This document shows, piece by piece, positions 1 to 9,363 of a stretch of DNA of 64,000 nt. The notes beneath the pieces are model-generated. The model was not told where the DNA came from and ran no database searches. It saw only the letters and a program-made list of their open reading frames with translations. Origin of the DNA: an uncultured Actinomycetes bacterium (GTDB lineage Bacteria > Actinomycetota > Thermoleophilia > UBA2241); NCBI GenBank assembly GCA_963755025.1, contig CAVWIH010000024.1, positions 15,502-79,501 on the forward strand, written 5' to 3'. How positions within the stretch are numbered: the first letter of the stretch is position 1; each line of letters opens with the position of its first letter. The position numbers were made by a program, and so were the translations under genes.

Positions 1-1
1 C

Positions 2-919
2 GAGGTCATGTGGCAGATCGCCTCCGCGGTGCGGGGCGGCGCCCAGGCGCTCGTCGAGAAGCCTTACTTCGTCATGTACGGCCAGCCCAGCAGTCCGCTC
101 GAGCACCCGCGCGACAGCCTCGACAAGCTGCTCTTCTGCGCCGACAAGGGCATTCCCGCGATCTACTCGCCGGCGCCGCTGGCCGGCGCCACCGCGCCGA
201 TCACCGTGGCCGGGCACATCGCCCAGGGCACGGCCGAGTCGCTCTTTGGCCTCGTCATGCACCAGCTCCGCAACCCCGGCGCGCCGTTCCTGTTCGGCAT
301 CGGCCCGGCGGTCCTCGACATGGCCACCGCGCAGTCGTCGTACAACGCTCCCGAATACCTCATGACCTATCTCGGCGCCATCGAGATGGCGCGCTGGCTC
401 GACCTGCCGAACTGGGGCTACGGCGGCACCAGCGATTCGCAGCTGGTCGACGCGCAGGCCGGCATGGAAGCCGGCGAGCTCACCCTGCTCGCCATGATGG
501 CCGGCTCCAACTTGAACCACGACGTCGGCTACCTCGACTACGGCATGACCGGCGCGCTCGAGCTCGTCGTGATCGTCGACGAGTTCGTCGCCATGAACCG
601 CCGTCTGCTCGGCGGCATCACGGTCGACCGCGAGACCCTGGGGCTCGACGTGATCGCCGCGACCGGCCCCGGCGGCGACTTTCTGTCGACCAAGCACACC
701 GCCAAGCACATGCGCGCGGCGCAGTGGCGCCCGACGATCATGAACCGCAAGGGCTACGAGCGCTGGACCGAGAGCGACAGCCCCGACCTGCGTGAGGCGG
801 CGCGCCTGAAGGCGCAGCGCCTACTCGCCACGCACGTCGCACCGCCGGTCGCCGCCGACGTGGCCGCCACGATCGACGCGCTCGTCGAGGGCTTCGCGCC
901 GGCGGGTCGCCAGGGCTGA
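2..919 (+). CDS. Trimethylamine methyltransferase (MttB) family protein, 5'-partial, non-pyrrolysine
   Basis: Motifs GATAPITVAG, NPGAPFLFG, LPNWGYGGTSDSQLVDAQAG, HDVGYLD, GPGGDFL; frame open to the window start. Confidence 0.9.
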   Translation, partial: EVMWQIASAVRGGAQALVEKPYFVMYGQPSSPLEHPRDSLDKLLFCADKGIPAIYSPAPLAGATAPITVAGHIAQGTAESLFGLVMHQLRNPGAPFLFGIGPAVLDMATAQSSYNAPEYLMTYLGAIEMARWLDLPNWGYGGTSDSQLVDAQAGMEAGELTLLAMMAGSNLNHDVGYLDYGMTGALELVVIVDEFVAMNRRLLGGITVDRETLGLDVIAATGPGGDFLSTKHTAKHMRAAQWRPTIMNRKGYERWTESDSPDLREAARLKAQRLLATHVAPPVAADVAATIDALVEGFAPAGRQG

Positions 920-921
920 CC

Positions 922-2019
922 TTGAGCGCTCCGTCTCGACACGATGCGCCGGGGCCCGCGAGGGGCCCGGCGCCCGTGGCGCTCCACCCGGCCGCGCTCG
1001 GCCCGGAGTTGCGCGCGGCGCTGACCGGGCCGTGCGGCGCTCCCGAGCTCGCGCTGCCCTGGATCGACCGCTTCTTCGAGCCCGACGAGCTGCGCCTCGT
1101 CGCCGTGCTGGCGGCCGGTCCGCTTACGCTGCCGGCCGCCGCGTCGGCGCTTGGTCGCCCGCTGCCGCCCGAGTTCCTCGAGCGCGCCGTGCGTCGGGCG
1201 GTCATCGACCGCCCGACGCACGACACCGTCGCGCTGGCCGACTTTGCCTCGCGCTTCGAGGTCTGGACGCTCTTCGAAGGCTGGAAGGACCTGCCTCACG
1301 ATGTGCGACGCGCCTTGGCCGACTGGTCGCTCGCGCGTTACATCGAAGCCAAGCGCCCGCAGGTCGAGAGCCTGCTCGCGGGCGAGGCGCCGCAGCCCGG
1401 CCTCGAGAACGCCGAGTACCTGCTGCTGCCCGAAGCCGAGGCGCTGCTCGCCCGCGCTGCGCACGTCTACCTGTGGCCGTGCGACTGCCGCGCCGCCATG
1501 GAACGCTGCCGCAAACCGTCGCTCGTCTGCCTGCGCTTCAACAACGACCGCGGCCTGGGCTGGGAGATCTCGCACGAACGCGCCGTCGAGGTGCTGCGCG
1601 ATGCCGACCGCCACGGCCTCATGCACACCGGCGAGGTCGCCACTCCCGGCGAGCTCACGCCGATCACCGCCGGCGCCATCTGCAACTGCTGCGGCGACTG
1701 CTGCTTTCCGCAGCTCGCCGCCGACGAGCTCGGCGCCACGCGGGTCTGGCCGCGGGTACGCTACGTCGCCGAGCGCGACACGGCGACCTGCACGTCGTGC
1801 GCGCGCTGCGCGCGCCGTTGCCCGTTCGGGGCCTTCACGGTCGAGTCCGGTGCGCAGTCCGAAAGCGCCGCGCAGGCCGAAGGCGCCGCGCAGACCAAGG
1901 GCGCCGCGCGCCGGTCCGCGCCCGTCACGTTCCACCCCGAGCTCTGCCGCGGCTGCGGGCTCTGCGCGACCGGCTGCCCCGAAGGCGCCATCACCATGGC
2001 GCCGCTGCCCGGCGCCTGA
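922..2019 (+). CDS. 4Fe-4S dicluster protein with additional Cys motifs
   Basis: CTSCARCARRCP and CRGCGLCATGCP ferredoxin motifs, plus CDCR and CNCCGDCC; starts 2 bp after the MttB stop. Confidence 0.85.
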   Translation: MSAPSRHDAPGPARGPAPVALHPAALGPELRAALTGPCGAPELALPWIDRFFEPDELRLVAVLAAGPLTLPAAASALGRPLPPEFLERAVRRAVIDRPTHDTVALADFASRFEVWTLFEGWKDLPHDVRRALADWSLARYIEAKRPQVESLLAGEAPQPGLENAEYLLLPEAEALLARAAHVYLWPCDCRAAMERCRKPSLVCLRFNNDRGLGWEISHERAVEVLRDADRHGLMHTGEVATPGELTPITAGAICNCCGDCCFPQLAADELGATRVWPRVRYVAERDTATCTSCARCARRCPFGAFTVESGAQSESAAQAEGAAQTKGAARRSAPVTFHPELCRGCGLCATGCPEGAITMAPLPGA

Positions 2020-2160
2020 GGCCGCTCGGCCGGCGCGGTGCGGCGCGCCGCCCGCCTCGCCGCCGGCGGGCGTCGCTTCGCCGGCACTCTGCGGCGCACG
2101 CCTGCCGACCTGAACAGCTCGCGACGCTTCCGCGCCCCGCCGCCGGGCAATAAAGGTGGC

Positions 2161-3648
2161 ATGACGGTCCTTCTGAGCGGCGCGGCGCTGACTCTCGACG
2201 AGCTCGTGCGAGTGGCGCGCGGCGGCGAGGCCGTCGGGCTTGCGCCCGACGTCGCGCCGCGCATGGCGCGCTCGCGCGCGGCGGTCGACGCGGCGCTCGC
2301 GCGCGGCGACGCCGTCTACGGCCTCACGACGGGGGTGGGCGTGCTCAAGCGCGTGCCGCTGGCCGCCGACGAGGTGGTGCGCTTCAATCGCCGTCTGCTG
2401 CAGAACCACCGCGTCGCCCAGGGCGTGCCGGTGGCGCCCGACGTGGTGCGCGCCACCATGCTCCGCCTGGCCAACGGCTTCGCCGCCGGTCATGCCGGCG
2501 TGCGCTATGAACTGGCCCAGCGCCTGGTCGAGGCGCTCAACCGCGGCGTCTGCCCGGTGGTGCGCGAGCTGGGCTCGCTCGGCGAATCGGACCTGGCGCC
2601 GCTGGCCGACCTGGCGGCCGGCCTGTTCGGCGACCCCGACCTGGCTGCCGGCGAGGGGCTCGCCGTGCTCAACAACAACGCCTTCTCCACCGCCACGGCC
2701 GCCCTCGCCGTGCACGACGCGGGGCGCCTGCTCGACGCCGCCGACGCCGCCGGCGCGCTCAGCCTCGAGGCGTTCGCCGCCAACCTCACCATCCTGCACC
2801 CGGCGATCGTCGCGGCGCGGCCCGACAAAGGCCTCGCGCTGGCTGTCGGGCGACTGCGCCGCCTGCTCGACGGCAGCTACCTGTGGCGCGAAGGCGCCGC
2901 CCGCAACCTGCAGGACCCGCTCACCTTCCGCTCGCTCCCGGGGGTGCACGGCGCCTGCCACGACGCTCTGGCCTACGTGCGGCAGCGTCTGGCCGTGGAG
3001 CTGAACGCCGCCCAGGGGAACCCCCTGGTGGTGCCCGGCGAGCAGCGCCTGATCTCGGTGGCCAACTTCGAGGTGCTGGCGCTCGCCGCGGCGCTCGACC
3101 TTGCGCGCATCGCCCTGGCGCCGCTGCTGACGAGTGCCGACGAGCGCGTCGTCAAGCTCCTCGAGACGCCCTGGTCGGGGCTGCCCACCGGCCTTGCGGT
3201 GGCGCCCGGCACGGCGGAGAGCGGCCTCAGCATCTACGCGATCGCCGGCGAGGCCATGACGGCCGAGGCCCGCACGTTGGCGCAGCCGGTCTCGTTCGAG
3301 CTGGCGAGCAGCGCCGGCGCCGAGGGCATCGAGGACCGCGCCACGATGCTGCCGCTCGGCGCGCGCCGCCTCGCCGCCATGACCGGCCTCGGCGAGCGCA
3401 TCCTGGCCATCGAGCTGCTGGTGGCCGCCCAAGCGGTGGAGCTGCGCGGCAGCGGACCGCTGGGGCGCGGCACGCGGCGCGTGTTCGAAGAGGTGCGCGA
3501 GCGCGTGCCGTTCGTGGGTCAGGACGATCCCCTGCCGGCCGACCTGGACGGCCTGGTCGAGCTCATTCGCGGCGGCGCGCTCGCCGGTTCGATGGGTGTG
3601 GCCACGGCGCCGGCTTCGCCCGCGGCGCCCGTGTCGCGCGTGCCCTGA
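2161..3648 (+). CDS. Histidine/aromatic amino acid ammonia-lyase superfamily protein lacking the Ala-Ser-Gly MIO motif
   Basis: VYGLTTGVG, QDPLTFRS, GNPLV, GIED motifs; GSLGESDLAPL where HAL has GSVGASGDLAPL; ATG at 2161. Confidence 0.85.
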   Translation: MTVLLSGAALTLDELVRVARGGEAVGLAPDVAPRMARSRAAVDAALARGDAVYGLTTGVGVLKRVPLAADEVVRFNRRLLQNHRVAQGVPVAPDVVRATMLRLANGFAAGHAGVRYELAQRLVEALNRGVCPVVRELGSLGESDLAPLADLAAGLFGDPDLAAGEGLAVLNNNAFSTATAALAVHDAGRLLDAADAAGALSLEAFAANLTILHPAIVAARPDKGLALAVGRLRRLLDGSYLWREGAARNLQDPLTFRSLPGVHGACHDALAYVRQRLAVELNAAQGNPLVVPGEQRLISVANFEVLALAAALDLARIALAPLLTSADERVVKLLETPWSGLPTGLAVAPGTAESGLSIYAIAGEAMTAEARTLAQPVSFELASSAGAEGIEDRATMLPLGARRLAAMTGLGERILAIELLVAAQAVELRGSGPLGRGTRRVFEEVRERVPFVGQDDPLPADLDGLVELIRGGALAGSMGVATAPASPAAPVSRVP

Positions 3649-3712
3649 ACCGGGCTCGCCGACGATCGCGGCTCACGGCCGACGACCGCGGCCCAATGCC
3701 GCCGGGTCAGGG

Positions 3713-4012
3713 CTACCGATCGACCTCTGAGCGCTCTGGCAAGGCCGCGGCAGGTCGAGTGGCGGAAGACTGCGCCGCTGCAGGCGGCGCGCCGACAAGC
3801 TGCGCGCCGGCACGCGGCGCGGCGGCAAGCTGCGCGCCGACAAGCGGCGCGGCGCCAGACGGTGCGGCGGCATCGATCGGCAGTGACGGCAGTTCATCGT
3901 GGTTGCCGGGCAGCAACTCGACCAGCACCACGGCCGACACCACAAAGGCAATCGCCACGACGACCATCATCAGCCAGACCATGGGGTCGAGCTGCGACAG
4001 CAGGTGGACCAT
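3713..4012 (-). CDS. Small membrane protein with Ala/Pro-rich repeat tail
   Basis: GGAGG RBS before ATG 4012; one hydrophobic helix (VWLMMVVVAIAFVVSAVVLV). Confidence 0.55.
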   Translation of the reverse strand: MVHLLSQLDPMVWLMMVVVAIAFVVSAVVLVELLPGNHDELPSLPIDAAAPSGAAPLVGAQLAAAPRAGAQLVGAPPAAAQSSATRPAAALPERSEVDR

Positions 4013-4507
4013 GGGGTGTCCCTCCAGACGGCGTTTTCCCGGTGTCATCCTTCCCGTCGGGGCCGAGTCGTAACGAGAAGGTCGACCAGGGGGGCGGACG
4101 GTGCGGCACGACGCCTGGCGCGGCGCGTCACGCGCGTGGCACACCGCCGCATCGGCGCTGCAGGCACAGAGAGTTGTGTTGCATCGCCGGTCGTCGTAAC
4201 ATGCGCGCACACCGTCTCCACGTCGGATTCGGCACACCACGTCACTGTCGTTGTTCAGACGTTCCGGGGGAGAGACCGATGTCTGGCGCAGTACGGTCGC
4301 TCAGAGCCAATCGCCGCAGGGCCCGCGGGCCGGGCGTCCCTCCCTACGTCCTCACGCAAGACAGCACGAGCTTCGACTCCCACGCTCCCTGACGGCCCAC
4401 CGGCCGCCGACTGACACTCGGTCGCCGTCACCGTCACATCCGTTTTCTCTTTCGCGGCGCCGCCCCACCGGGCGCGTCGTCCTAGACGAATCCTTAGGAG
4501 ACATGAC

Positions 4508-5164
4508 ATGGGAGACAAGCTGACGCTACGGATGCTCTCCTCCGACGAGGTCGGCAAAGTGCGCGAGCAGTGCCTGCACCTGCTGTCCGAGATGGGCATG
4601 AAGATCGACCACGAAGCCGTCCTGCGCATACTCGCCGACGCCGGCGCGCAGGTCGACTTCGAGACCAGGGTCGTGCGCTTCCCGGCCGCCCTGGTCGAGT
4701 CGGCCATAAAGACGGTCCCCGGCGAGCTCACGGTCAAGGGCGCCGAGGAGCGTCACGACTGCAAGATCCCGCACCCCGACGGCCTGTTCTACTCCTGCAC
4801 GAACATCCAGAGCATGCTGCACCACGACCCCGACACCGGGCGCTTCGTCGACAACACGGCCCAGAAGTACGCCGAGTGGTGTCAGGTCGTCGAGCTCCTC
4901 GACCACGCCGACATCTGCGCCATTCAGACGCCCATGGACGTGCCGGCCGAGAGCGCCGAGGTGCACGCCCTCGCCATCCAGATGCAGAACACGACCAAGC
5001 CGCTCTGGATGCACGCCTTCAGCCGCGAGGCCGTACCCTTCATGTTCGAGCTCATGGTCGCCCGCGTGGGCAGCGTCGAGGCCCTGCGCGAGCGCAGCCT
5101 CGTCATCATCAACCCCGGCACCGTCTCGCCGTTCATCATCAAGGAGATGGACGCCGAGGAGATC
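4508..5164 (+). pseudogene. N-terminal ~220 aa of an MttB-family methyltransferase, truncated at a junction
   Basis: AGGAG RBS; LSSDEVGKVREQCLHLLSEMGMKI..GAQVD..VVRFP, QNTTKP, VSP; similarity ends at EEI. Confidence 0.8.
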
Positions 5165-5721
5165 ACGGTCGGCAGCAGCGAGTTGCGCAGCACGTGGGTG
5201 AAGAGCACGCGCCGCGGCGACAGGCCGTTCAGGTTGGCGGTGCGCACGTAGTCCATCTGCAGCACGTCGACGGTGCTCGATCGCGTCATGCGTACCACGT
5301 AGGCCAGGCTGGTGAGCGCCACGGTAATCGCCGGCAGCACGAGGTAAGGGAACGCCTGCGTGAAGCTCGAGTGCGGGTCGATCGCCGAGCTCGCCGGGAA
5401 CCAGTGCAGTTTCACGGCGAAGATCGAGATGAGGATGACGCCGCTCACGAACTCGGGCAGACCGATGAAGGCCAGCGAGCCTATGGAGATCGTCTGGTCG
5501 AGCCAGGTGTTTCGTCGCAGGGCGGCGATCATGCCCAGGAAGATGCCCAGCGGCACGTAGAAGGCAAAAGCCACCAGGGCGAGCATGAGGGAGTTGCGCA
5601 GCCGCTCGAGGATCACGCCGCGCACCGGCTCGTTCATGCTGACCGAGGTGCCCCAGTCGCCGCGGATGTAGCTCGAGACCCAGCGCTCGTACTGCGTGGG
5701 GATGGGCTTGTCGAGGCCGGC
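5161..5721 (-). pseudogene. Inverted internal segment of a DppB/OppB-type peptide ABC permease
   Basis: Minus strand reads GLDKPIPTQYERW..GDWGTS..RLRNSLML..LVLPAIT..MDYVRTANLNGLSPRRVLFTHVLRNSLLPTVI (EAA loop). Confidence 0.85.
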
Positions 5722-5928
5722 ATAGGCTGGCTCATCGGCGGCCTCATCATCACCGAGTCGGTCTACTCGTACCCGGGCATCGGCCGGCTGCTGCTCTTCG
5801 CCATCACCAACCGCGACCTCAAGCTGGTGCAGGCCACGGCGTTGCTGATCGTCATCATCTACGTGGTCGCCAACTTCGTCGCCGACATCATCTACGCGCT
5901 GCTGAACCCGCGCATCAGGTACCAGTAG
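5722..5928 (+). pseudogene. C-terminal segment of a DppB/OppB-type permease, probably the same gene
   Basis: IGWLIGGLIITESVYSYPGIGRLLLFAITNRDLKLVQ..ADIIYALLNPRIRYQ*. Confidence 0.85.
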
Positions 5929-6067
5929 GGATCAGTAGGGCGATGCCGGCGCGGCGTCGCCGCGCGGCCGGGACGCGCGGTCGCCGCGCGGCCGGGGACG
6001 CGCGGCGACGCGCGCTGTTGCGCGACGGCTATGATGTCGGGGTCGCCGTCGTCGCAAGGAGGGATTC

Positions 6068-7453
6068 GTGCTCAAGCACCCCCGCAACCCGAGGCGCGTG
6101 CAGCGTGACCTCGAGGTGCCGCCCATCTTCACCGCCGAGCTTTCGCGCGTGCCGCGCGACGAGCTGCCGGCGCGCGGCATGCCGCCCGACGCCGCCTACC
6201 AGATCATCCACGACGAGCTCATGCTCGACGGCAACGCCCGCCTGAACCTGGCGACCTTCGTGACGACCTGGATGGAGCCCCAGGCCGACAAGCTCATGGC
6301 TGAGACCTTCGACAAGAACATGATCGACAAAGACGAGTACCCGCAGACCGCCGAGCTCGAGCTGCGCTGCGTGAACATGCTCTCGCGCCTCTGGCACGCG
6401 CCGGCCGCCGACGAGGCCGTGGGCTGCTCGACCACTGGTTCGAGCGAGGCCTGCATGCTCGGCGGCCTCGCCCTCAAGCGCCGCTGGCAGAAGCGGCGGC
6501 GGGCAGCGGGCCTGCCCGCCGATCGCCCCAACATGGTGATGGGCGTCAACGCCCAGATCTGCTGGGACAAGTTCATGAACTACTGGGACGTCGAACCCCG
6601 CCTGGTGCCCATGGAGGGCGACCGCTACCACCTGGCGGCCGACGAGGCCGTCGCCCTGTGCGACGAGAACACGATCGGCATGGTCGTCATCATGGGCTCG
6701 ACCTACGACGGCAGCTACGAGCCGGTGGCCGACACCTGCCGGCTGCTCGACGAGCTCCAGGCGCGCACCGGCATCGACGTGCCGGTGCACGTCGACGGCG
6801 CCTCGGGGGCGATGGTCGCGCCCTTCATCGACCCCGACCTGCAGTGGGACTTCGCCCTGCCGCGCGTGGCCTCGATCAGCACCTCGGGACACAAGTACGG
6901 CCTGGTCTACCCCGGCGTGGGCTGGGTGGTGTGGCGCGACGCGCAGGCGCTGCCCGAGGAGCTCATCTTCTGGGTGAACTACCTGGGCGACGACATGCCG
7001 ACCTTCGCCCTGAACTTCTCGCGGCCGGGCTCGCAGATCGTCACCCAGTACTACAACTTCCTGCGCCTGGGCTTCGACGGCTACGCCAGGGTGCAGGGCT
7101 ACTCGCGCGACGTCGCCCTCTACCTGTCCGACAAGATCGCCGGCCTGGGGCCGTTCGAGCTGCTCACCCGCGGCGACGAGCTGCCCGTCTTTGCCTTCAC
7201 GCTGGCGGCCGACGTGAAGAACTTCAGCGTCTTCGACGTGGCCGACTGCCTGCGCGAGCGCGGCTGGCTCGTACCGGCCTACACGTTCCCCAAGAACCGC
7301 ACCGACCTGGCGGCGCTGCGCATCGTCGTGCGCCGCGGCTTCACGCACGACGTCGCCGACCTGCTGCTGGCCGACTTCGCCCGTCAGCTGCCACGCCTCG
7401 CCAGGCAGACGGCGCCGGCCAACGAGGGCTCTGCGTCATCCTTCCATCACTAG
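6068..7453 (+). CDS. gadB: Glutamate decarboxylase
   Basis: DELMLDGNARLNLATFVTTWME, KNMIDKDEYPQT, HVDGASG, STSGHKYGLVYPG (PLP Lys). Confidence 0.95.
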   Translation: MLKHPRNPRRVQRDLEVPPIFTAELSRVPRDELPARGMPPDAAYQIIHDELMLDGNARLNLATFVTTWMEPQADKLMAETFDKNMIDKDEYPQTAELELRCVNMLSRLWHAPAADEAVGCSTTGSSEACMLGGLALKRRWQKRRRAAGLPADRPNMVMGVNAQICWDKFMNYWDVEPRLVPMEGDRYHLAADEAVALCDENTIGMVVIMGSTYDGSYEPVADTCRLLDELQARTGIDVPVHVDGASGAMVAPFIDPDLQWDFALPRVASISTSGHKYGLVYPGVGWVVWRDAQALPEELIFWVNYLGDDMPTFALNFSRPGSQIVTQYYNFLRLGFDGYARVQGYSRDVALYLSDKIAGLGPFELLTRGDELPVFAFTLAADVKNFSVFDVADCLRERGWLVPAYTFPKNRTDLAALRIVVRRGFTHDVADLLLADFARQLPRLARQTAPANEGSASSFHH

Positions 7454-7565
7454 ACGCACCACGAAGTCATGCCTGTCTGAGCGGTGCCGACGAAGTCGGG
7501 CGACGGCCTAGACGCACCACGAAGTCATGCCTGTCTGAGCGGCGCCGACGAAGTCGCGCGACGGC
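7450..7565. repeat. Two tandem copies of a 58-bp unit starting with CTAG
   Basis: ctagacgcaccacgaagtcatgcctgtctgagcgg.gccgacgaagtcg.gcgacggc at 7450 and 7508, 2 mismatches. Confidence 0.9.
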
Positions 7566-7572
7566 CCGGGCT

Positions 7573-8952
7573 CTACCTCAGGCAGAACTCGTCGAGCTGA
7601 CGGCGCGTGACGTCGTCCAGGTCGTCGGGCGGCTCGTGGGCGGCGAGGCGGCGCTCCACCTCGGCGCGCGCCGCGGCGCGCACGTCGCCGTCGCCCAGGG
7701 CGCGCCAGCGCTCGGCGCTCTCGCGCACCAGGAACGTGGCGCGGTCGAGGTCACGGCCGTGGCGGCGCGTGTGCCCTTGACCCAGGTAGTCCCCGCCGGG
7801 GCCGACCGCGGCGATCACGTCGGTCGCCAGCGCCTCGGCGTCGGCGGCCGTCGGGGCGGCGGCGAGGCGCAGGGCGCAGATGAGCTCGTCGTCGAGCACG
7901 TACTTCTCGAGCGACAGCACGTTGAACGAGCTCAGGATGCCGGCGGCCTGAAAGAGAAAGTCGCCGCCGGCGTCGGCCGAGGCCGACAGTCCCATGGTCG
8001 ACTCGAGCAGCGCCTGGGCGTCGGGCACGTGCGAGTCGGTGACGGCTCCGCCCGCGCGCACCGGCAGTCCGGCGTGGTGGGCGAGGCTCACCGTCGCATT
8101 CGCCATCAGGGCGAACTCCGGTGTGCCGAAGTGGGCGGCGCCGGTGCGCATGCTCGACATCGTCGAGACGGCGCCGTAGATGAACGGCGAGCCCTCGCGC
8201 GCGGCCTGCCCCAGCACCAGCGCGGCGAGCACCTCGGCGTGCTGCACGGTCAGCGTGCCGGCCGGCGTCGCCGGGCCGGTCGCGCCGCCCATCACGCAGG
8301 CGGTCACGCAGGCGGGCTGACCGAGAGCGGCCCAGCGCCGCAGGATGCGCGCGGTCTCCACCGACAGCAGCAGCGGAGAGTTGGTGTTGAGCACGATCAG
8401 CGCGCGCGGAGTGTCGGCCCACTGCGCGCCGTAGAGGATCTCGTTCATGGCGATCGCCTCGTCGACGTCGGGCTCGAGCGACGCGGTCCACTCCATCGAT
8501 TTGTCGCTCAGCGTGAGGCGAGCGTGGTCGGAGCGCCGCGTGCGCTGCTCCTCGGGCAGGTCGAGCGGCTCGATGCAGTCGCTGTTGAAGTCGAGGCCCG
8601 GCGACAGATGGCCGAGCTTGACCGTCGCCTGCGCGTCGGCCAGGGTGCCGGGTCGCACCACGGCGCCGTCGAGTACGTAGGCTGGCCCCGAGCCGCTGCC
8701 GAACACCGGCTGACCATCGCCGAAGCGCAGGTCGCGCCCCGGGTTACGCCCGGTCAGGGTGAATGCCCTCGGTGTACCGGAGAGGGCGCGCTCGACGACC
8801 TCGCGCTCGATGAACACGCGGCGACCGTCGGCACGGGCTCCCACCGTCTTGAGCAGCGCGACGGAGTCGTCGTCCATGACGACCACGCCGGTCTGGGCCA
8901 GCACCCGCAGGGCGGCCTCGTGGATGGCGACGATGTCGGCGGGCGCGAACAT
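7573..8952 (-). CDS. MttB-family methyltransferase, non-pyrrolysine (start may lie slightly upstream)
   Basis: IHEAALRVLAQTGV, NTNSPL, MGGATGPATPAG, LPVRAGGAVTDSHVPDAQA, GPGGDYLGQGHT. Confidence 0.9.
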   Translation of the reverse strand: MFAPADIVAIHEAALRVLAQTGVVVMDDDSVALLKTVGARADGRRVFIEREVVERALSGTPRAFTLTGRNPGRDLRFGDGQPVFGSGSGPAYVLDGAVVRPGTLADAQATVKLGHLSPGLDFNSDCIEPLDLPEEQRTRRSDHARLTLSDKSMEWTASLEPDVDEAIAMNEILYGAQWADTPRALIVLNTNSPLLLSVETARILRRWAALGQPACVTACVMGGATGPATPAGTLTVQHAEVLAALVLGQAAREGSPFIYGAVSTMSSMRTGAAHFGTPEFALMANATVSLAHHAGLPVRAGGAVTDSHVPDAQALLESTMGLSASADAGGDFLFQAAGILSSFNVLSLEKYVLDDELICALRLAAAPTAADAEALATDVIAAVGPGGDYLGQGHTRRHGRDLDRATFLVRESAERWRALGDGDVRAAARAEVERRLAAHEPPDDLDDVTRRQLDEFCLR

Positions 8953-9363
8953 CAGCGGCTGCGCGCGGCGAAGGCCGGCGACCGAGGGGCTCGCGAGATG
9001 GGGACCGGCGGCCACAGGGCTCGCGGGGCGAGGGCCGGTGACCAAGGGGCTCGCGCGCGCGAGGGCGGTCTGAGCGTCGATCTGTCTCCCACTGTGCCGT
9101 CTCCTTGGTCGTGCCGTCAGATGCGTCGTGCGCGCCGCACACGCCGCAGCTCGTAGCATAGGCAATCGCGCGGCGCGTTGCTTCCGCACCGGCGCCTCCC
9201 CACGTGCCGCGCTCACGCGACCTGTGCGATCCCCGCGTGCGCGCTCACGCGCCTGTGCGATCTCCACGCGCCGCGCTTTCCGGCCGCTCGGCGCGGTTTG
9301 GGCGACCGGCGAAACCGTGCAGAACCAAACCGACACCCGGCCACGACGAAATGAGGACCCCAG

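Noticed and set aside
754-3432. Very long antisense or alternative-frame ORFs (e.g. 892 aa here, 832 aa at 6658-9156)
   Set aside because: Arg/Gly/Ala-rich shadows of real genes, expected at this GC content; no motifs.
4138-4151. Sigma54-like TGGCAC motif
   Set aside because: The -12 element reads CCGC instead of TTGC, and no enhancer-binding protein is in the window.
4268-4320. Glycine riboswitch-like GGAGAGACC start upstream of MttB
   Set aside because: The downstream GCCGAAG and CTCTCAGG elements are not present.
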